DNA from: a virus
Taxonomy: Duplodnaviria > Heunggongvirae > Uroviricota > Caudoviricetes
Length of the DNA: 35,951 nt
Virus record (IMG/VR): IMGVR_UViG_2711768050_000003
Strand: one strand, 5' to 3'
Shown here: positions 17,175 through 27,838 of the stretch, piece by piece
How the letters are laid out: each line of letters begins with the position of its first letter
How positions within the stretch are numbered: the stretch's first letter is position 1
Program-made: the position numbers and the translations under genes
Notes under the pieces: model-generated
Databases searched by the model: none
Seen by the model: only the letters and a program-made list of their open reading frames with translations
What the model was told of the DNA's origin: nothing

Positions 17175-17364
17175 AACCCCGCAACCGGTTATTCCTGATC
17201 CATTGACCTACGGTGGAAGCTTGGATTTGAATGTGAGTCTGTTGTCGGCTCTGGCTGCCTGTAATAGTGATAAAGCTGATATTCGTAAAATTGAGGCAGA
17301 GAGGAGCTGGCCATTAAGCTGTAAAGCGGAAAGACCGCAGCAAGTAGTGTCAATGCAGCAGTAA
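17059..17364 (+). CDS. o-spanin (Rz1-like lipoprotein)
   Basis: Starts at ATG 17059 in the +1 frame inside Rz; lipobox LLTGC; Pro-rich mature region. Confidence 0.65.
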   Translation: MMIVLYALCLLPLLTGCTGTRTVYVPVPVIPLPANLTAETPQPVIPDPLTYGGSLDLNVSLLSALAACNSDKADIRKIEAERSWPLSCKAERPQQVVSMQQ

Positions 17365-17634
17365 TGACGCTGCCCCGAATACTCAAAGTTGCTGGTAGCC
17401 AGTTTCAGGTAAAAAGCTGAGAGCGCACTGGTGAGGGTTAACGGGAAGAAGCGCACCGGTGCTCTAGGCTGATAGCCAGTCAGCTTCCGGTTAGTTATGA
17501 GGGATTCACGAGATACCCCTGACACATGGTCTCAAGGGCATGATCGCGGCCATTGCGAAAGTGTGGATGCAGAAAATAATGAAAAGCAGCTCAATATGAG
17601 CCGCTTTGATTTTCCGCTCTTGTTGAAATGAAAG

Positions 17635-17916
17635 TTAGCTACCTGACCCCATTCTGTAAGTCATAGTCACAAAACCAGGCTTTTCAGGGTCAGCGCTTAT
17701 TGTTGTCTGGATATTATGAGATGAAATCTCAGAGGATCCGTTTTTTTGGGTAATAGTGATATGGCTACCATTTTCATACTCAAAGTACTTAACGGTATTT
17801 CCATTAACTACAGACTCTTCAGCTTTAACTAAGCCTTTATCATCAATGGTGATCTTGGAAATTTCTTCCTCAACCTTCATTTCACCACTTTTTGCATCAA
17901 ATTGAATTTTTGGCAT
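17635..17916 (-). CDS. hypothetical protein, AT-rich moron between lysis and packaging genes
   Basis: 93 aa from the ATG at 17916 with GGGAGA RBS; extended -10-like TGGTATAAG about 30 nt upstream on the minus strand; opposite orientation to the flanking late genes. Confidence 0.5.
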   Translation of the reverse strand: MPKIQFDAKSGEMKVEEEISKITIDDKGLVKAEESVVNGNTVKYFEYENGSHITITQKNGSSEISSHNIQTTISADPEKPGFVTMTYRMGSGS

Positions 17917-18175
17917 GTTTTCTTCTCCCAAGAATTGAGTATTTTCTTATACCACAAAATACTCATGCTAAACACAGTAACCTACTGGAAGCCGTAGTTT
18001 GGTGATGGGTATATATATAATGATGGGTTAAAAACCTGGTCTGATGAGGGAAAACAAATTGTGCGTAATCGCCTAAAACCAAGCTGACACCGAATCGGAT
18101 TCAAGTTCAGTACTGGCCATCACACTCAATTCAAGCTACTAGAATTCGCTAGCGTTTATTTATTTTGGAACACCC

Positions 18176-18526
18176 ATGCCACCACGAATCCCAAAGGCCT
18201 GCCGTGTTCGCGGCTGCCGCTCTATAACCACAGACCCGTCAGGTTATTGCGAAAGCCACAAAAGCGAAGGCTGGAAGCAATACAAACCTGGACAATCCCG
18301 TCATCAGCGCGGCTACGGTTCGAAGTGGGACGTTATCCGCGCGCGTGCGCTGAAACGTGACAAAGGTTTATGTCAGTTATGTCTGCGTGCCGGTGTGGTG
18401 CGTGAAGCGAAAACCGTTGATCACATCATCCCTAAAGCGCATGGCGGCTCTGATGCCGACAGTAATCTGCAGAGCCTGTGCTGGCCGTGTCATAAGGCGA
18501 AGACGGCCCGTGAACGGCTGAAGTAA
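18176..18526 (+). CDS. HNH endonuclease (terminase-associated)
   Basis: 116 aa; Cys-rich with DHIIP...H...CWPCH motifs; immediately upstream of the terminase small subunit. Confidence 0.8.
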   Translation: MPPRIPKACRVRGCRSITTDPSGYCESHKSEGWKQYKPGQSRHQRGYGSKWDVIRARALKRDKGLCQLCLRAGVVREAKTVDHIIPKAHGGSDADSNLQSLCWPCHKAKTARERLK

Positions 18527-18651
18527 GAACCAGTTCCCATTGCCAGAGGGGAGGGGCGGGTCAAATCCCTGTGACCTGACGTCTTCCGGACTGCCCGCCC
18601 CATCGTTTTTTTATACCCGCGAAAAATGAAATTTAACCAGGAGTGCCGCAT

Positions 18652-19146
18652 ATGGCTGGAACGGCGGGGCGTTCCGGGCGTCGCCCCAAGCCAACGGCGC
18701 GCAAGGCGCTGGCCGGAAACCCCGGCAAGCGAGCCCTGAATAAAGATGAACCTGTTTTTACGCCCATCAAAGGTGTTGAGCCACCGGAGTGGTTCGCAGA
18801 AGAAAATCTCCCTCTCGCCACGATCATGTGGCAACTGACAACCAAAGAACTCTGCGGTCAGGGCCTGTTGTGCGTGACTGACCTCGCGGTGCTTGAGCGG
18901 TGGTGCGTGGCCTATGAGTTCTGGCGACGTGCCGTGAAAAATATTGCCATACAGGGCAACACCATCACCGGTGCAATGGGCGGCAGGGTCAAAAATCCGG
19001 AGCTGACCGCCAAAAAAGAACAGGAGTCCGAGATGAGCAGCACGGGGGCAATGCTCGGACTCGACCCCAGCAGCCGCCAGCGTCTGATTGGCCTGGCGGG
19101 GCAGAAGAAAGCCACTAACCCGTTTCTGAAAATCATCGAGTCATGA
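18652..19146 (+). CDS. terminase small subunit (P27-family-like)
   Basis: ATG at 18652 preceded by AGGAG with 10-nt spacing (the track's GTG at 18643 has no spacer); stop overlaps the large-subunit start. Confidence 0.7.
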   Translation: MAGTAGRSGRRPKPTARKALAGNPGKRALNKDEPVFTPIKGVEPPEWFAEENLPLATIMWQLTTKELCGQGLLCVTDLAVLERWCVAYEFWRRAVKNIAIQGNTITGAMGGRVKNPELTAKKEQESEMSSTGAMLGLDPSSRQRLIGLAGQKKATNPFLKIIES

Positions 19147-20876
19147 GCCGGAAATCTTACCCCAACGTAAATGCTGCCAATCAGTATGCCCGTGATGTTG
19201 TGCGCGGAAAGATTGTGGCCTGCCAGTTTGTGATTCAGGCCTGCCAGCGCCATCTTGATGACCTGATGGCGGAAAAAAGTAAGTCGTTTCGTTACCGCTT
19301 CGACAAGGACCTGGCTGAACGGGCCGCCAAATTTATTCAGCTGTTGCCGCACACCAAGGGTGAGTGGGCATTCAAGAGGATGCCCATCACGCTGGAGCCG
19401 TGGCAGCTATTTGTGGTCTGCTGTGCGTTTGGCTGGGTCAATAAAGGGTCCCGGCTGCGCCGCTTCCGGGAGGTGTATACCGAAATCCCCCGTAAGAACG
19501 GCAAATCGGCAATCTCTGCCGGTGTTGCCCTGTATTGTTTTGCCTGTGATAACGAGTTTGGCGCGGAAGTGTATTCCGGTGCCACGACAGAGAAACAGGC
19601 GTGGGAAGTCTTTCGCCCGGCGCGACTGATGTGTAAACGCACACCCATGCTGACGGAAGCGTTCGGGATTGAGGTTAACGCCTCAAACATGAATCGTCCG
19701 GAGGATGGCGCGCGGTTTGAACCGCTGATCGGTAACCCCGGTGATGGTTCATCACCCCACTGTGCGGTGGTGGATGAATATCACGAGCACGCCACCGATG
19801 CGCTTTACACCACGATGCTTACCGGGATGGGGGCGCGACGTCAGCCACTGATGTGGGCCATTACTACTGCCGGGTACAACATTGAGGGGCCGTGCTACGA
19901 CAAGCGACGGGAAGTTATCGAGATGCTCAACGGGTCGGTACCCAACGATGAACTGTTCGGGATCATCTATACCGTTGACGAAGGCGATGACTGGACCGAC
20001 CCGCAGGTGTTGGAAAAAGCTAACCCGAATATTGGCGTGTCGGTTTATCGCGAATTTTTGTTAAGTCAGCAGCAGCGTGCGAAAAATAACGCCCGTCTGG
20101 CAAACGTCTTTAAAACAAAACACCTCAATATCTGGGTGTCGGCGCGTTCGGCGTATTTCAACCTGGTGAGCTGGCAGAGCTGCGAGGATAAATCACTGAC
20201 CCTTGAGCAGTTCGAGGGGCAGCCGTGCATTCTGGCCTTTGACCTGGCCCGTAAGCTGGATATGAACAGCATGGCGCGACTTTATACCCGCGAGATTGAC
20301 GGTAAAACGCATTACTACAGTGTGGCCCCGCGTTTCTGGGTACCGTATGACACGGTGTACAGCGTCGAGAAAAATGAAGATCGCCGGACAGCCGAACGCT
20401 TTCAGAAATGGGTGGAAATGGGCGTCCTGACCGTTACCGATGGTGCAGAGGTGGATTATCGCTACATCCTCGAAGAGGCCAAAGCGGCGAACAAAATCAG
20501 CCCGGTCAGCGAGTCACCCATCGACCCCTTCGGGGCGACCGGGCTGTCACATGACCTTGCTGATGAAGACCTGAATCCCATCACCATCATTCAGAACTAC
20601 ACCAACATGTCCGACCCGATGAAAGAGCTGGAAGCGGCAATTGAATCGGGGCGCTTTCATCATGATGGCAATCCCATCATGACCTGGTGTATCGGCAACG
20701 TGGTCGGCAAAACCATTCCGGGTAACGATGATGTGGTGAAGCCCGTCAAAGAGCAGGCGGAAAACAAAATCGATGGTGCAGTTGCGCTGATTATGGCGGT
20801 TGGCAGAGCCATGCTGTATGAGAAAGAAGACACGCTGTCCGACCACATTGAGTCCTACGGGATCCGCTCGCTTTAA
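19143..20876 (+). CDS. terminase large subunit
   Basis: 577 aa; N-terminal ATPase region and C-terminal nuclease region typical of HK97-type large terminases. Confidence 0.9.
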   Translation: MSRKSYPNVNAANQYARDVVRGKIVACQFVIQACQRHLDDLMAEKSKSFRYRFDKDLAERAAKFIQLLPHTKGEWAFKRMPITLEPWQLFVVCCAFGWVNKGSRLRRFREVYTEIPRKNGKSAISAGVALYCFACDNEFGAEVYSGATTEKQAWEVFRPARLMCKRTPMLTEAFGIEVNASNMNRPEDGARFEPLIGNPGDGSSPHCAVVDEYHEHATDALYTTMLTGMGARRQPLMWAITTAGYNIEGPCYDKRREVIEMLNGSVPNDELFGIIYTVDEGDDWTDPQVLEKANPNIGVSVYREFLLSQQQRAKNNARLANVFKTKHLNIWVSARSAYFNLVSWQSCEDKSLTLEQFEGQPCILAFDLARKLDMNSMARLYTREIDGKTHYYSVAPRFWVPYDTVYSVEKNEDRRTAERFQKWVEMGVLTVTDGAEVDYRYILEEAKAANKISPVSESPIDPFGATGLSHDLADEDLNPITIIQNYTNMSDPMKELEAAIESGRFHHDGNPIMTWCIGNVVGKTIPGNDDVVKPVKEQAENKIDGAVALIMAVGRAMLYEKEDTLSDHIESYGIRSL

Positions 20877-20887
20877 CTGAGGTAATT

Positions 20888-21070
20888 ATGATCATGCTGA
20901 TTCTCGCGCCTCTGGTGGGCGTGCTGGGGGGGCTTTTGCTGGCGTATGGTGCCTGGCTGATTTATCCCCCGGCGGGGTTTGTTGTTGCCGGGGCGTTGTG
21001 CCTGTTCTGGTCGTGGCTGGTGGCGCGATATCTCGACCGTACACAGTCGTCTGTCGGCGGAGGTAAATAG
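20888..21070 (+). CDS. small hydrophobic protein
   Basis: 60 aa, two predicted TM helices, between terminase and portal. Confidence 0.3.
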   Translation: MIMLILAPLVGVLGGLLLAYGAWLIYPPAGFVVAGALCLFWSWLVARYLDRTQSSVGGGK

Positions 21071-22311
21071 TGTTCTTTTCGGGATTATTTCAACGAAAAA
21101 GTGACGCACCGGTGACCACGCCAGCAGAGCTGGCGGATGCTATCGGGTTGTCCTACGACACCTATACCGGAAAGCAGATCAGCAGCCAGCGGGCCATGCG
21201 ACTGACGGCGGTTTTTTCCTGTGTCAGGGTGCTGGCGGAGTCGGTCGGGATGTTGCCCTGCAACCTGTATCACCTGAACGGCAGCCTGAAGCAGAGAGCC
21301 ACTGGCGAACGTCTGCATAAGCTGATCTCCACGCATCCCAATGGCTATATGACGCCGCAGGAGTTCTGGGAGCTGGTGGTCACCTGTCTGTGCCTGCGGG
21401 GAAACTTTTACGCCTACAAAGTGAAAGCATTTGGCGAAGTGGCTGAACTGCTGCCCGTCGATCCCGGCTGTGTGGTACCGAAGCTTAACAGTAGCTGGGA
21501 GCCGGTCTATCAGGTCACATTCCCGGATGGCTCCACGGATGTACTGAGCCAGGAAGATATCTGGCATGTGCGCACGCTGACGCTGGACGGACTGGTGGGG
21601 CTGAATCCCATCGCCTATGCCCGCGAGGCAATATCGCTGGCGGCAGCGACCGAAGAGCACGGGGCCAGACTGTTCAGCAATGGCGCGGTGACGTCGGGTG
21701 TGTTGCGTACAGAGCAGACGCTGTCAGATCAGGCTTATGAGCGCCTGAAGAAAGATTTTGAGGAGCGTCACACCGGGCTTGGCAATGCTCACCGCCCGAT
21801 GATCCTTGAGATGGGGCTGGACTGGAAGTCGATGGCGCTGAACGCCGAGGACAGCCAGTTCCTGGAAACCCGCAAGTTTCAGCTTGAAGAAATCTGTCGT
21901 CTGTTCCGGGTGCCATTGCACATGGTGCAGAACACCGATCGCGCCACCTTCAACAATATCGAAGAGCTGGGGCTGGGATTTATCAACTATTCACTGGTGC
22001 CGTATCTGACCCGCATTGAGCAGCGGATCAACACCGGACTGGTACGAAAAAGTAAGCAGGGCGTTTATTACGCCAAATTTAACGCCGGGGCCTTACTGCG
22101 CGGGGATATGAAGTCCCGTTTTGAAGCCTACGCTACCGGGATCAATTGGGGAATTTACTCTCCCAATGACTGCCGCGACCTGGAAGATATGAATCCGCGT
22201 CCCGGTGGTGATGTCTATCTCACACCGATGAACATGACCACGAAACCCTCCGATGGCAGTAAAGCCGGTAAGCAGAAGGATAACACCAATGCAGACGAAA
22301 CAACGTCTTGA
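21070..22311 (+). CDS. portal protein (HK97 family)
   Basis: 413 aa; GTG start after GGAGGT; position and translation consistent with HK97-family portals. Confidence 0.85.
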   Translation: MFFSGLFQRKSDAPVTTPAELADAIGLSYDTYTGKQISSQRAMRLTAVFSCVRVLAESVGMLPCNLYHLNGSLKQRATGERLHKLISTHPNGYMTPQEFWELVVTCLCLRGNFYAYKVKAFGEVAELLPVDPGCVVPKLNSSWEPVYQVTFPDGSTDVLSQEDIWHVRTLTLDGLVGLNPIAYAREAISLAAATEEHGARLFSNGAVTSGVLRTEQTLSDQAYERLKKDFEERHTGLGNAHRPMILEMGLDWKSMALNAEDSQFLETRKFQLEEICRLFRVPLHMVQNTDRATFNNIEELGLGFINYSLVPYLTRIEQRINTGLVRKSKQGVYYAKFNAGALLRGDMKSRFEAYATGINWGIYSPNDCRDLEDMNPRPGGDVYLTPMNMTTKPSDGSKAGKQKDNTNADETTS

Positions 22312-22939
22312 TGTACCGCTGAGTCTGAAATCTGTCAGTGACTCCGGTGAGTTTGAAGGGTATGGCTCCGTCTTTGGTGTAAAGGACAGCCACGATGATG
22401 TGGTGATGTCAGGGGCATTTGCCGCTTCCCTGCGGGCGTGGAGTGACAGAAAAGCGTTACCTGCGCTGCTCTGGCAGCACCGCATGGATGAACCCATCGG
22501 TGTTTACACCGAAATGAAGGAAGACGATGTCGGGCTTTACGTCAGGGGACGGTTGCTTATTGATGATGATCCCCTCGCAAAACGCGCACATGCACACATG
22601 AAGGCCGGTTCGTTAACCGGCCTTTCTATTGGGTACGTCCTGAAAGACTGGGAATACGACCGGACGAAAGAAGCCTTTCTGCTGAAAGAAATCGACCTCT
22701 GGGAAGTCAGTCTGGTGACGTTCCCGTCTAACGACGAGGCGCGGATCAGCGACGTCAAGAACGCGCTGGCCCGCGGGGAAATCCCCGAACAGAAAAAAAT
22801 CGAAAGAGTCCTGCGTGATGTCGGACTCTCCCGTACCCAGGCCAAAGCATTCATGGCCGGGGGCTATGGCGCACTGTCCCTGCGCGACGCTGAGGATGTG
22901 AGCTCTGCACTGAATGCACTGAAAAATCTGAACTTCTAA
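22289..22939 (+). CDS. prohead protease (HK97 family)
   Basis: Start at ATG 22289 (MQTKQRL) with AAGGA RBS; overlaps the portal 3' end. Confidence 0.75.
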   Translation: MQTKQRLDVPLSLKSVSDSGEFEGYGSVFGVKDSHDDVVMSGAFAASLRAWSDRKALPALLWQHRMDEPIGVYTEMKEDDVGLYVRGRLLIDDDPLAKRAHAHMKAGSLTGLSIGYVLKDWEYDRTKEAFLLKEIDLWEVSLVTFPSNDEARISDVKNALARGEIPEQKKIERVLRDVGLSRTQAKAFMAGGYGALSLRDAEDVSSALNALKNLNF

Positions 22940-22953
22940 TCAGGAGAAATACG

Positions 22954-24159
22954 ATGGCGGTAGATATTAAAGATGTCGAACAGGTCGCGCAGGAGCTGCA
23001 GCAGAAGTTTGACGACTTCAAAGCAAAGAACGACAAGCGCGTGGATGCGATTGAGCAGGAAAAAGGCAAGCTTGCCGGGCAGGTGGAAACCCTGAACGGG
23101 AAACTCAGCGAGCTGGAAAACCTCAAAAGCGATCTTGAAAAAGAGCTGCTTGAGCTGAAACGTCCGGCAGGTGGTGCGCAAAATAAACTGGCCACCGAGC
23201 ATAAAGAAGCGTTTGTGGGCTTCCTGCGTAAAGGCCGTGAAGATGGTCTGCGCGATCTGGAGCGCAAGGCATTACAGGTGGGCACCGATGAAGACGGCGG
23301 CTATGCCGTGCCGGAAGCACTGGATCGCAACATTCTCACCCTGCTGAAAGATGAAGTGGTGATGCGCCAGGAAGCCACGGTGATCACCGTTGGTGGTTCC
23401 GACTACAAAAAACTGGTGAATCTGGGCGGCACGGCTTCCGGATGGGTTGGCGAGACTGACGCGCGCTCCCAGACTGCCACCTCAAAACTGGGCCTGATTG
23501 AACCTTTCATGGGGGAAATCTACGGTAACCCGCAGGCCACCCAGAAAATGCTGGATGATGCCTTTTTCAACGTGGAAGCATGGATCAACAGCGAGCTGGC
23601 AACCGAATTTGCCGAACAGGAAGAAATTGCCTTTACCGCCGGCGATGGTACCAAGAAGCCGAAAGGGTTCCTGGCGTATGAATCCACGGATGAAACCGAT
23701 AAGGTCCGGGCGTTCGGCAAACTTCAGCATATTGTATCCGGCGACGCGACGGCGGTGACCGCAGACGCCATTATCAAACTGATTTACACGCTTCGTAAGG
23801 CACACCGCACCGGCGCGAAATTCATGATGAACAACAATAGCCTGTTTGCCATCCGTCTGCTGAAAGACAGCGAGGGTAACTATCTGTGGCGTCCGGGGCT
23901 GGAGCTGGGGCAGCCGTCCTCTCTGGCGGGTTACGGTATCGCTGAAAACGAACAGATGCCCGATATCGCCGCTGATGCGAAAGCCATTGCATTTGGTAAC
24001 TTCAAACGGGGTTACACCATCGTTGACCGTATCGGCACCCGCATTCTGCGTGACCCGTACACCAATAAACCGTTTGTCGGTTTTTATACCACCAAACGCA
24101 CCGGCGGCATGCTGGTCGATTCGCAGGCCATCAAACTGCTGAAGATTGCAGTGGCGTAA
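22954..24159 (+). CDS. major capsid protein (HK97 fold)
   Basis: 401 aa; N-terminal coiled-coil delta-domain-like region followed by a capsid domain; strong RBS CAGGAGAAATACG-ATG. Confidence 0.85.
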   Translation: MAVDIKDVEQVAQELQQKFDDFKAKNDKRVDAIEQEKGKLAGQVETLNGKLSELENLKSDLEKELLELKRPAGGAQNKLATEHKEAFVGFLRKGREDGLRDLERKALQVGTDEDGGYAVPEALDRNILTLLKDEVVMRQEATVITVGGSDYKKLVNLGGTASGWVGETDARSQTATSKLGLIEPFMGEIYGNPQATQKMLDDAFFNVEAWINSELATEFAEQEEIAFTAGDGTKKPKGFLAYESTDETDKVRAFGKLQHIVSGDATAVTADAIIKLIYTLRKAHRTGAKFMMNNNSLFAIRLLKDSEGNYLWRPGLELGQPSSLAGYGIAENEQMPDIAADAKAIAFGNFKRGYTIVDRIGTRILRDPYTNKPFVGFYTTKRTGGMLVDSQAIKLLKIAVA

Positions 24160-24207
24160 TCACTCAGGGGCGCGGAACCGCGCCCCTGTTCTGACGGGTG
24201 AAGAATC

Positions 24208-24408
24208 ATGATCCTGAAACAAGATCTGAAATGGTCACCGGACGGTATGCGTGTTGAGGTCATTCGGGCCGGTGAGTATGACGACGGGGCGCTTCCTGCC
24301 CGGGTGCAGGAGATTGCACTTCAGGCCGGGTTAGCAGAGCGCGGAACCAGTGCAAAAAGCAGTAAAGCGACAAAAGAGAAAAAAGCCACGACCAGTAAAG
24401 AGGGCTGA
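24208..24408 (+). CDS. small hypothetical head-region protein
   Basis: 66 aa with a Lys/Ser-rich C-terminus; between capsid and connector genes. Confidence 0.35.
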   Translation: MILKQDLKWSPDGMRVEVIRAGEYDDGALPARVQEIALQAGLAERGTSAKSSKATKEKKATTSKEG

Positions 24409-24410
24409 GT

Positions 24411-24734
24411 ATGCTTCTGACAATGGAAGAGATTAAAGCCCAACTCCGGCTGGATGAGGATTTCGATGCTGATGACCGCCATCTGCAACTGCTGGCCTGT
24501 GCGGCACAAAAGCGGACGGAAACGTATCTGAACCGGAAGCTCTATGCACCGGATGAAACCATTCCGGACAGCGATCCGGACGGGCTGCACCTGCCGGATG
24601 ATATTCGTCTGGGGATGCTGATGCTTATCAGCCATTTTTACGAAAACCGCTCGTCGGTTACGGAAGTGGAGAAACTCGACATGCCGCAGAGTTTTGGCTG
24701 GCTTGTCGGCCCGTACAGGTACTTTCCGCAATGA
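24411..24734 (+). CDS. head-tail connector (gp6-like)
   Basis: 107 aa; MLLTMEEIKAQLRLD N-terminus typical of gp6-like connector/adaptor proteins. Confidence 0.65.
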   Translation: MLLTMEEIKAQLRLDEDFDADDRHLQLLACAAQKRTETYLNRKLYAPDETIPDSDPDGLHLPDDIRLGMLMLISHFYENRSSVTEVEKLDMPQSFGWLVGPYRYFPQ

Positions 24735-25141
24735 AAATTCGTCAGGCGCAGACCAGCGCAACCTACATTCTGCCGGACCCCGGTGAACTGAATAAACGCG
24801 TCCTGATCCGCCAGCGGGTGGATATGCCCGCGGATAACTTTGGCGTGGAGCCTCAATACCCGGTTACGTTCCGGACATGGGCGAAGGTTATCCAGACCAG
24901 TGCCACCACCTGGCAGGAAACCGCGCAGACCGGGGACGCCATCACCCATTACATCACCATTCGTTACCGCCGGGGGATCACTGCTGATTATGAGGTGGTC
25001 TGTGATGACAGTGTGTACCGGGTGAAACGTCAGCGTGATCTGAACGGGGCGCGGCGCTTTCTGCTGCTGGAGTGTACGGAGCTGGGCGAATGTAGGCAGA
25101 GTCACGGAGGCAGCAATGGCGACTCCCTTTTTTCACGTTGA
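24731..25141 (+). CDS. head closure / head-tail joining protein
   Basis: 136 aa; position after the connector; overlapping stop/start. Confidence 0.5.
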   Translation: MKIRQAQTSATYILPDPGELNKRVLIRQRVDMPADNFGVEPQYPVTFRTWAKVIQTSATTWQETAQTGDAITHYITIRYRRGITADYEVVCDDSVYRVKRQRDLNGARRFLLLECTELGECRQSHGGSNGDSLFSR

Positions 25142-25622
25142 TGTTCAGCAGCCCGCCGAGATGCGCTTTAACCGCGCCCGTGTCCGGCGGGCGTTTGTCA
25201 CGATTGGGCAGCGTCATATGCGTGATGCCCGTCGGCTGGTGATGCGCCGTGCGCGGTCGGCACCGGGTGAAAACCCCGGTTATCAGACCGGACGCCTGGC
25301 TCGTTCGATTGGTTATATGGTGCCGAGAGCCAGTAAAAAGCGAGCCGGTTTTATGACACGCATTGCCCCTAACCAGCGCAACGGGAAGGGGAACCGGATG
25401 ATCTCTGGTGACTTCTATCCGGCGTTTCTGTTTTTTGGTGTCCGGGGAGGAGCAAAACGTCGTCGTAGTCATCATCGTGGTGCATCCGGTGGCAACGGCT
25501 GGCGACTGGCTCCACGTAATAACTTCATGGTGGAAACGCTTGAAAAGAACCGCAGCTGGACACGCTATTTTCTGGCGCGGGAATTGCGTAAATCACTGAA
25601 GCCGGAGCGACGACACAGATGA
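25116..25622 (+). CDS. HK97 gp10-like tail-component protein
   Basis: 168 aa; GGAGG RBS; family assignment from position and remembered similarity. Confidence 0.5.
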   Translation: MATPFFHVDVQQPAEMRFNRARVRRAFVTIGQRHMRDARRLVMRRARSAPGENPGYQTGRLARSIGYMVPRASKKRAGFMTRIAPNQRNGKGNRMISGDFYPAFLFFGVRGGAKRRRSHHRGASGGNGWRLAPRNNFMVETLEKNRSWTRYFLARELRKSLKPERRHR

Positions 25623-26179
25623 AACTGACGCCTGTTATTGCTGCACTGCGTGCCCGTTGTCCGTATTTTGAAAACCGGGTTGCAGGCGCGGCCCAGTTCA
25701 AAAATCTGCCGGAGGTCGGAAAGCTGAAACTCCCGGCGGCATATGTTGTACCGGGTGATGATTCTCCGGGAGAAAACAAAAGCCAGACCGACTACTGGCA
25801 GGAGCTGAAAGAGGGTTTCTCCGTGGTTGTCATACTGAGTAACGGGCGTGATGAGCGCGGTCAGTTTGCCTCGTATGATGTGGTGGACGATGTCCGGCAG
25901 ATGCTCTTTAAGGCTCTGCTGGGCTGGAACCCGGAGGCGTGCGGTAACCCGATTACCTATGACGGCGGCACGCTGCTGGATCTGAATCGTCATGAGCTGA
26001 TTTATCAGTTCGATTTTTCGGTCATCAGCGAGCTGACTGAAGACGATACCCGCCAGCAGGATGATCTGAACAGTCTGGATGAACTGCAAACGCTGGCGAT
26101 TGATGTTGATTATCTCGAGCCCGGTAACGGGCCTGACGGCGATATCGAACATCACACCGAAATAACCCTTCCTTCCTGA
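25619..26179 (+). CDS. tail completion / tail terminator-like protein
   Basis: 186 aa; immediately upstream of the sheath gene. Confidence 0.4.
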   Translation: MKLTPVIAALRARCPYFENRVAGAAQFKNLPEVGKLKLPAAYVVPGDDSPGENKSQTDYWQELKEGFSVVVILSNGRDERGQFASYDVVDDVRQMLFKALLGWNPEACGNPITYDGGTLLDLNRHELIYQFDFSVISELTEDDTRQQDDLNSLDELQTLAIDVDYLEPGNGPDGDIEHHTEITLPS

Positions 26180-26187
26180 GGATCCTC

Positions 26188-26358
26188 ATGTTTGTCAAAC
26201 CTGTTAAAGGGCGGTCAGTGCCTGACCCTGCCCGCGGCGACCTTTTGCCCGCCGAAGGGCGAAATGTTGACGAGAACAACTACTGGCTGCGCCGTGAAGC
26301 AGCGGGTGATATCCGGCGCGTGAATAAAAAGGTGAACACCGATGACGATAAGCTTTAA
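26188..26358 (+). CDS. small conserved protein preceding the tail sheath
   Basis: 56 aa (MFVKPVKGRSVPDPARGDLLPAEGRNV...), below the ORF-track length cut-off; GAGGA RBS; overlaps the sheath start. Confidence 0.4.
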   Translation: MFVKPVKGRSVPDPARGDLLPAEGRNVDENNYWLRREAAGDIRRVNKKVNTDDDKL

Positions 26359-27838
26359 CACCATTCCGTCGAATACGCTGGTTCCGCTGTTTTATGCGGA
26401 AATGGATAACCAGGCGGCGAATACTGCACAGGACAGCGGGGCATCGCTGCTGATTGGTCATGCCAATAACGGTGCAGATATTGTTGCCAACAGTCTGGTG
26501 CTGATGCCATCGGCAGACTATGCACGCCAGATTTGTGGTGCGGGAAGTCAGCTGGCGCGTATGGTCGAGGCTTATCGCCAGACCGACCCGTTTGGTGAAC
26601 TGTATGTGATTGCCGTTCCTGAATCCACGGGCGCGGCGGCAACAGTTACGCTGACGGTGACCGGCGCGGCAACCGAAACCGGCACGGTGAATGTTTATGT
26701 GGGACGTACCCGCGTGCAGGCACCGGTGACCAACGGCGATAACGTCGCGACGATTGCCAGCAGTATCCAGGATGCCATCAATGCCGTTCCGGCCCTGCCG
26801 TTTACGGCCTCATCTTCGGCTGGCGTGGTTACATTGACCGCGCGTCATAAGGGGCTTTGCGGGAATGAAATTCCTGTCAGCCTCAATTACTACGGCTTCG
26901 GTGGGGGCGAAGTGCTGCCAGCGGGCGTACAGATTGCCGTGGCGACGGGGACCGCCGGAACGGGCGCTCCGGTTCTCACCGGCGCGGTGGCTGCAATGGC
27001 GGATGAGCCGTTTGATTATATCGGCCTGCCGTTCAACGACACGGCCTCCGTTAACACGCTGGTGACCGAGATGAACGATACCAGCGGTCGCTGGAGCTAT
27101 GCGCGTCAGCTGTATGGTCATGTGTATACGGCAAAGACCGGTACGCTGTCAGAACTGGTGACCGCAGGTGACCAGTTTAACCAGCAGCACATTACCCTGG
27201 CGGGGTACGAAAAAGAGACCCAGACGCCTGCCGACGAGCTGGCGGCAAGCCGTACCGCCCGCGCAGCGGTGTTTATCCGCAACGATCCGGCACGTCCCAC
27301 GCAGACCGGTGAGCTGGTGGGTATGCTGCCTGCGCCGAAGGGGAAACGGTTCACGATGACCGAACAACAGACCCTGCTGTCTCATGGCGTGGCAACGGCG
27401 TATGTCGAAAGCGGGGTACTGCGCATTCAGCGTGATGTCACCACGTACAGGAAAAACGCTTACGGGGTTGCGGATAACAGCTACCTCGACAGTGAGACGC
27501 TGCATACCAGCGCGTATGTACTGCGCAAACTGAAATCCGTCATTACCAGTAAGTACGGGCGTCACAAGCTTGCCAGTGACGGTACCCGCTTTGGTCCCGG
27601 TCAGGCGATTGTCACTCCGGCGGTGATCAAAGGGGAACTGCTGGCAACCTACCGTCAGCTTGAGCGTGCGGGGATCGTGGAAAACTACGAACTGTTTAAG
27701 CAGTACCTGGTTGTGGAGCGTGATGCCAGCGATCCGAACCGCCTGAACACGCTGTTCCCGCCTGACTATGTTAACCAGTTGCGTGTTTTTGCCGTGGTTA
27801 ACCAGTTCCGTCTTCAGTATTCAGAGGAGTCTGCATAA
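26342..27838 (+). CDS. contractile tail sheath protein (Mu gpL-like)
   Basis: 498 aa; followed directly by a small tube protein and Mu-type baseplate genes. Confidence 0.8.
   Translation: MTISFNTIPSNTLVPLFYAEMDNQAANTAQDSGASLLIGHANNGADIVANSLVLMPSADYARQICGAGSQLARMVEAYRQTDPFGELYVIAVPESTGAAATVTLTVTGAATETGTVNVYVGRTRVQAPVTNGDNVATIASSIQDAINAVPALPFTASSSAGVVTLTARHKGLCGNEIPVSLNYYGFGGGEVLPAGVQIAVATGTAGTGAPVLTGAVAAMADEPFDYIGLPFNDTASVNTLVTEMNDTSGRWSYARQLYGHVYTAKTGTLSELVTAGDQFNQQHITLAGYEKETQTPADELAASRTARAAVFIRNDPARPTQTGELVGMLPAPKGKRFTMTEQQTLLSHGVATAYVESGVLRIQRDVTTYRKNAYGVADNSYLDSETLHTSAYVLRKLKSVITSKYGRHKLASDGTRFGPGQAIVTPAVIKGELLATYRQLERAGIVENYELFKQYLVVERDASDPNRLNTLFPPDYVNQLRVFAVVNQFRLQYSEESA

Noticed and set aside
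17365-17634. 44-codon ORF (MRDSRDTPDTW...) in the unassigned region after Rz1
   Set aside because: No RBS and no supporting signal; left as unassigned sequence.
18643-18651. GTG start for the terminase small subunit as given in the ORF track
   Set aside because: No spacer between the AGGAG and that GTG; the ATG at 18652 has proper 10-nt spacing.
20547-27565. Numerous antisense ORFs inside terminase, portal, capsid, sheath and other structural genes (for example 21085..21660, 24978..25475, 25565..26155, 27149..27565)
   Set aside because: They lie entirely within well-supported sense genes, lack RBSs and have compositionally biased translations typical of GC-rich antisense frames.
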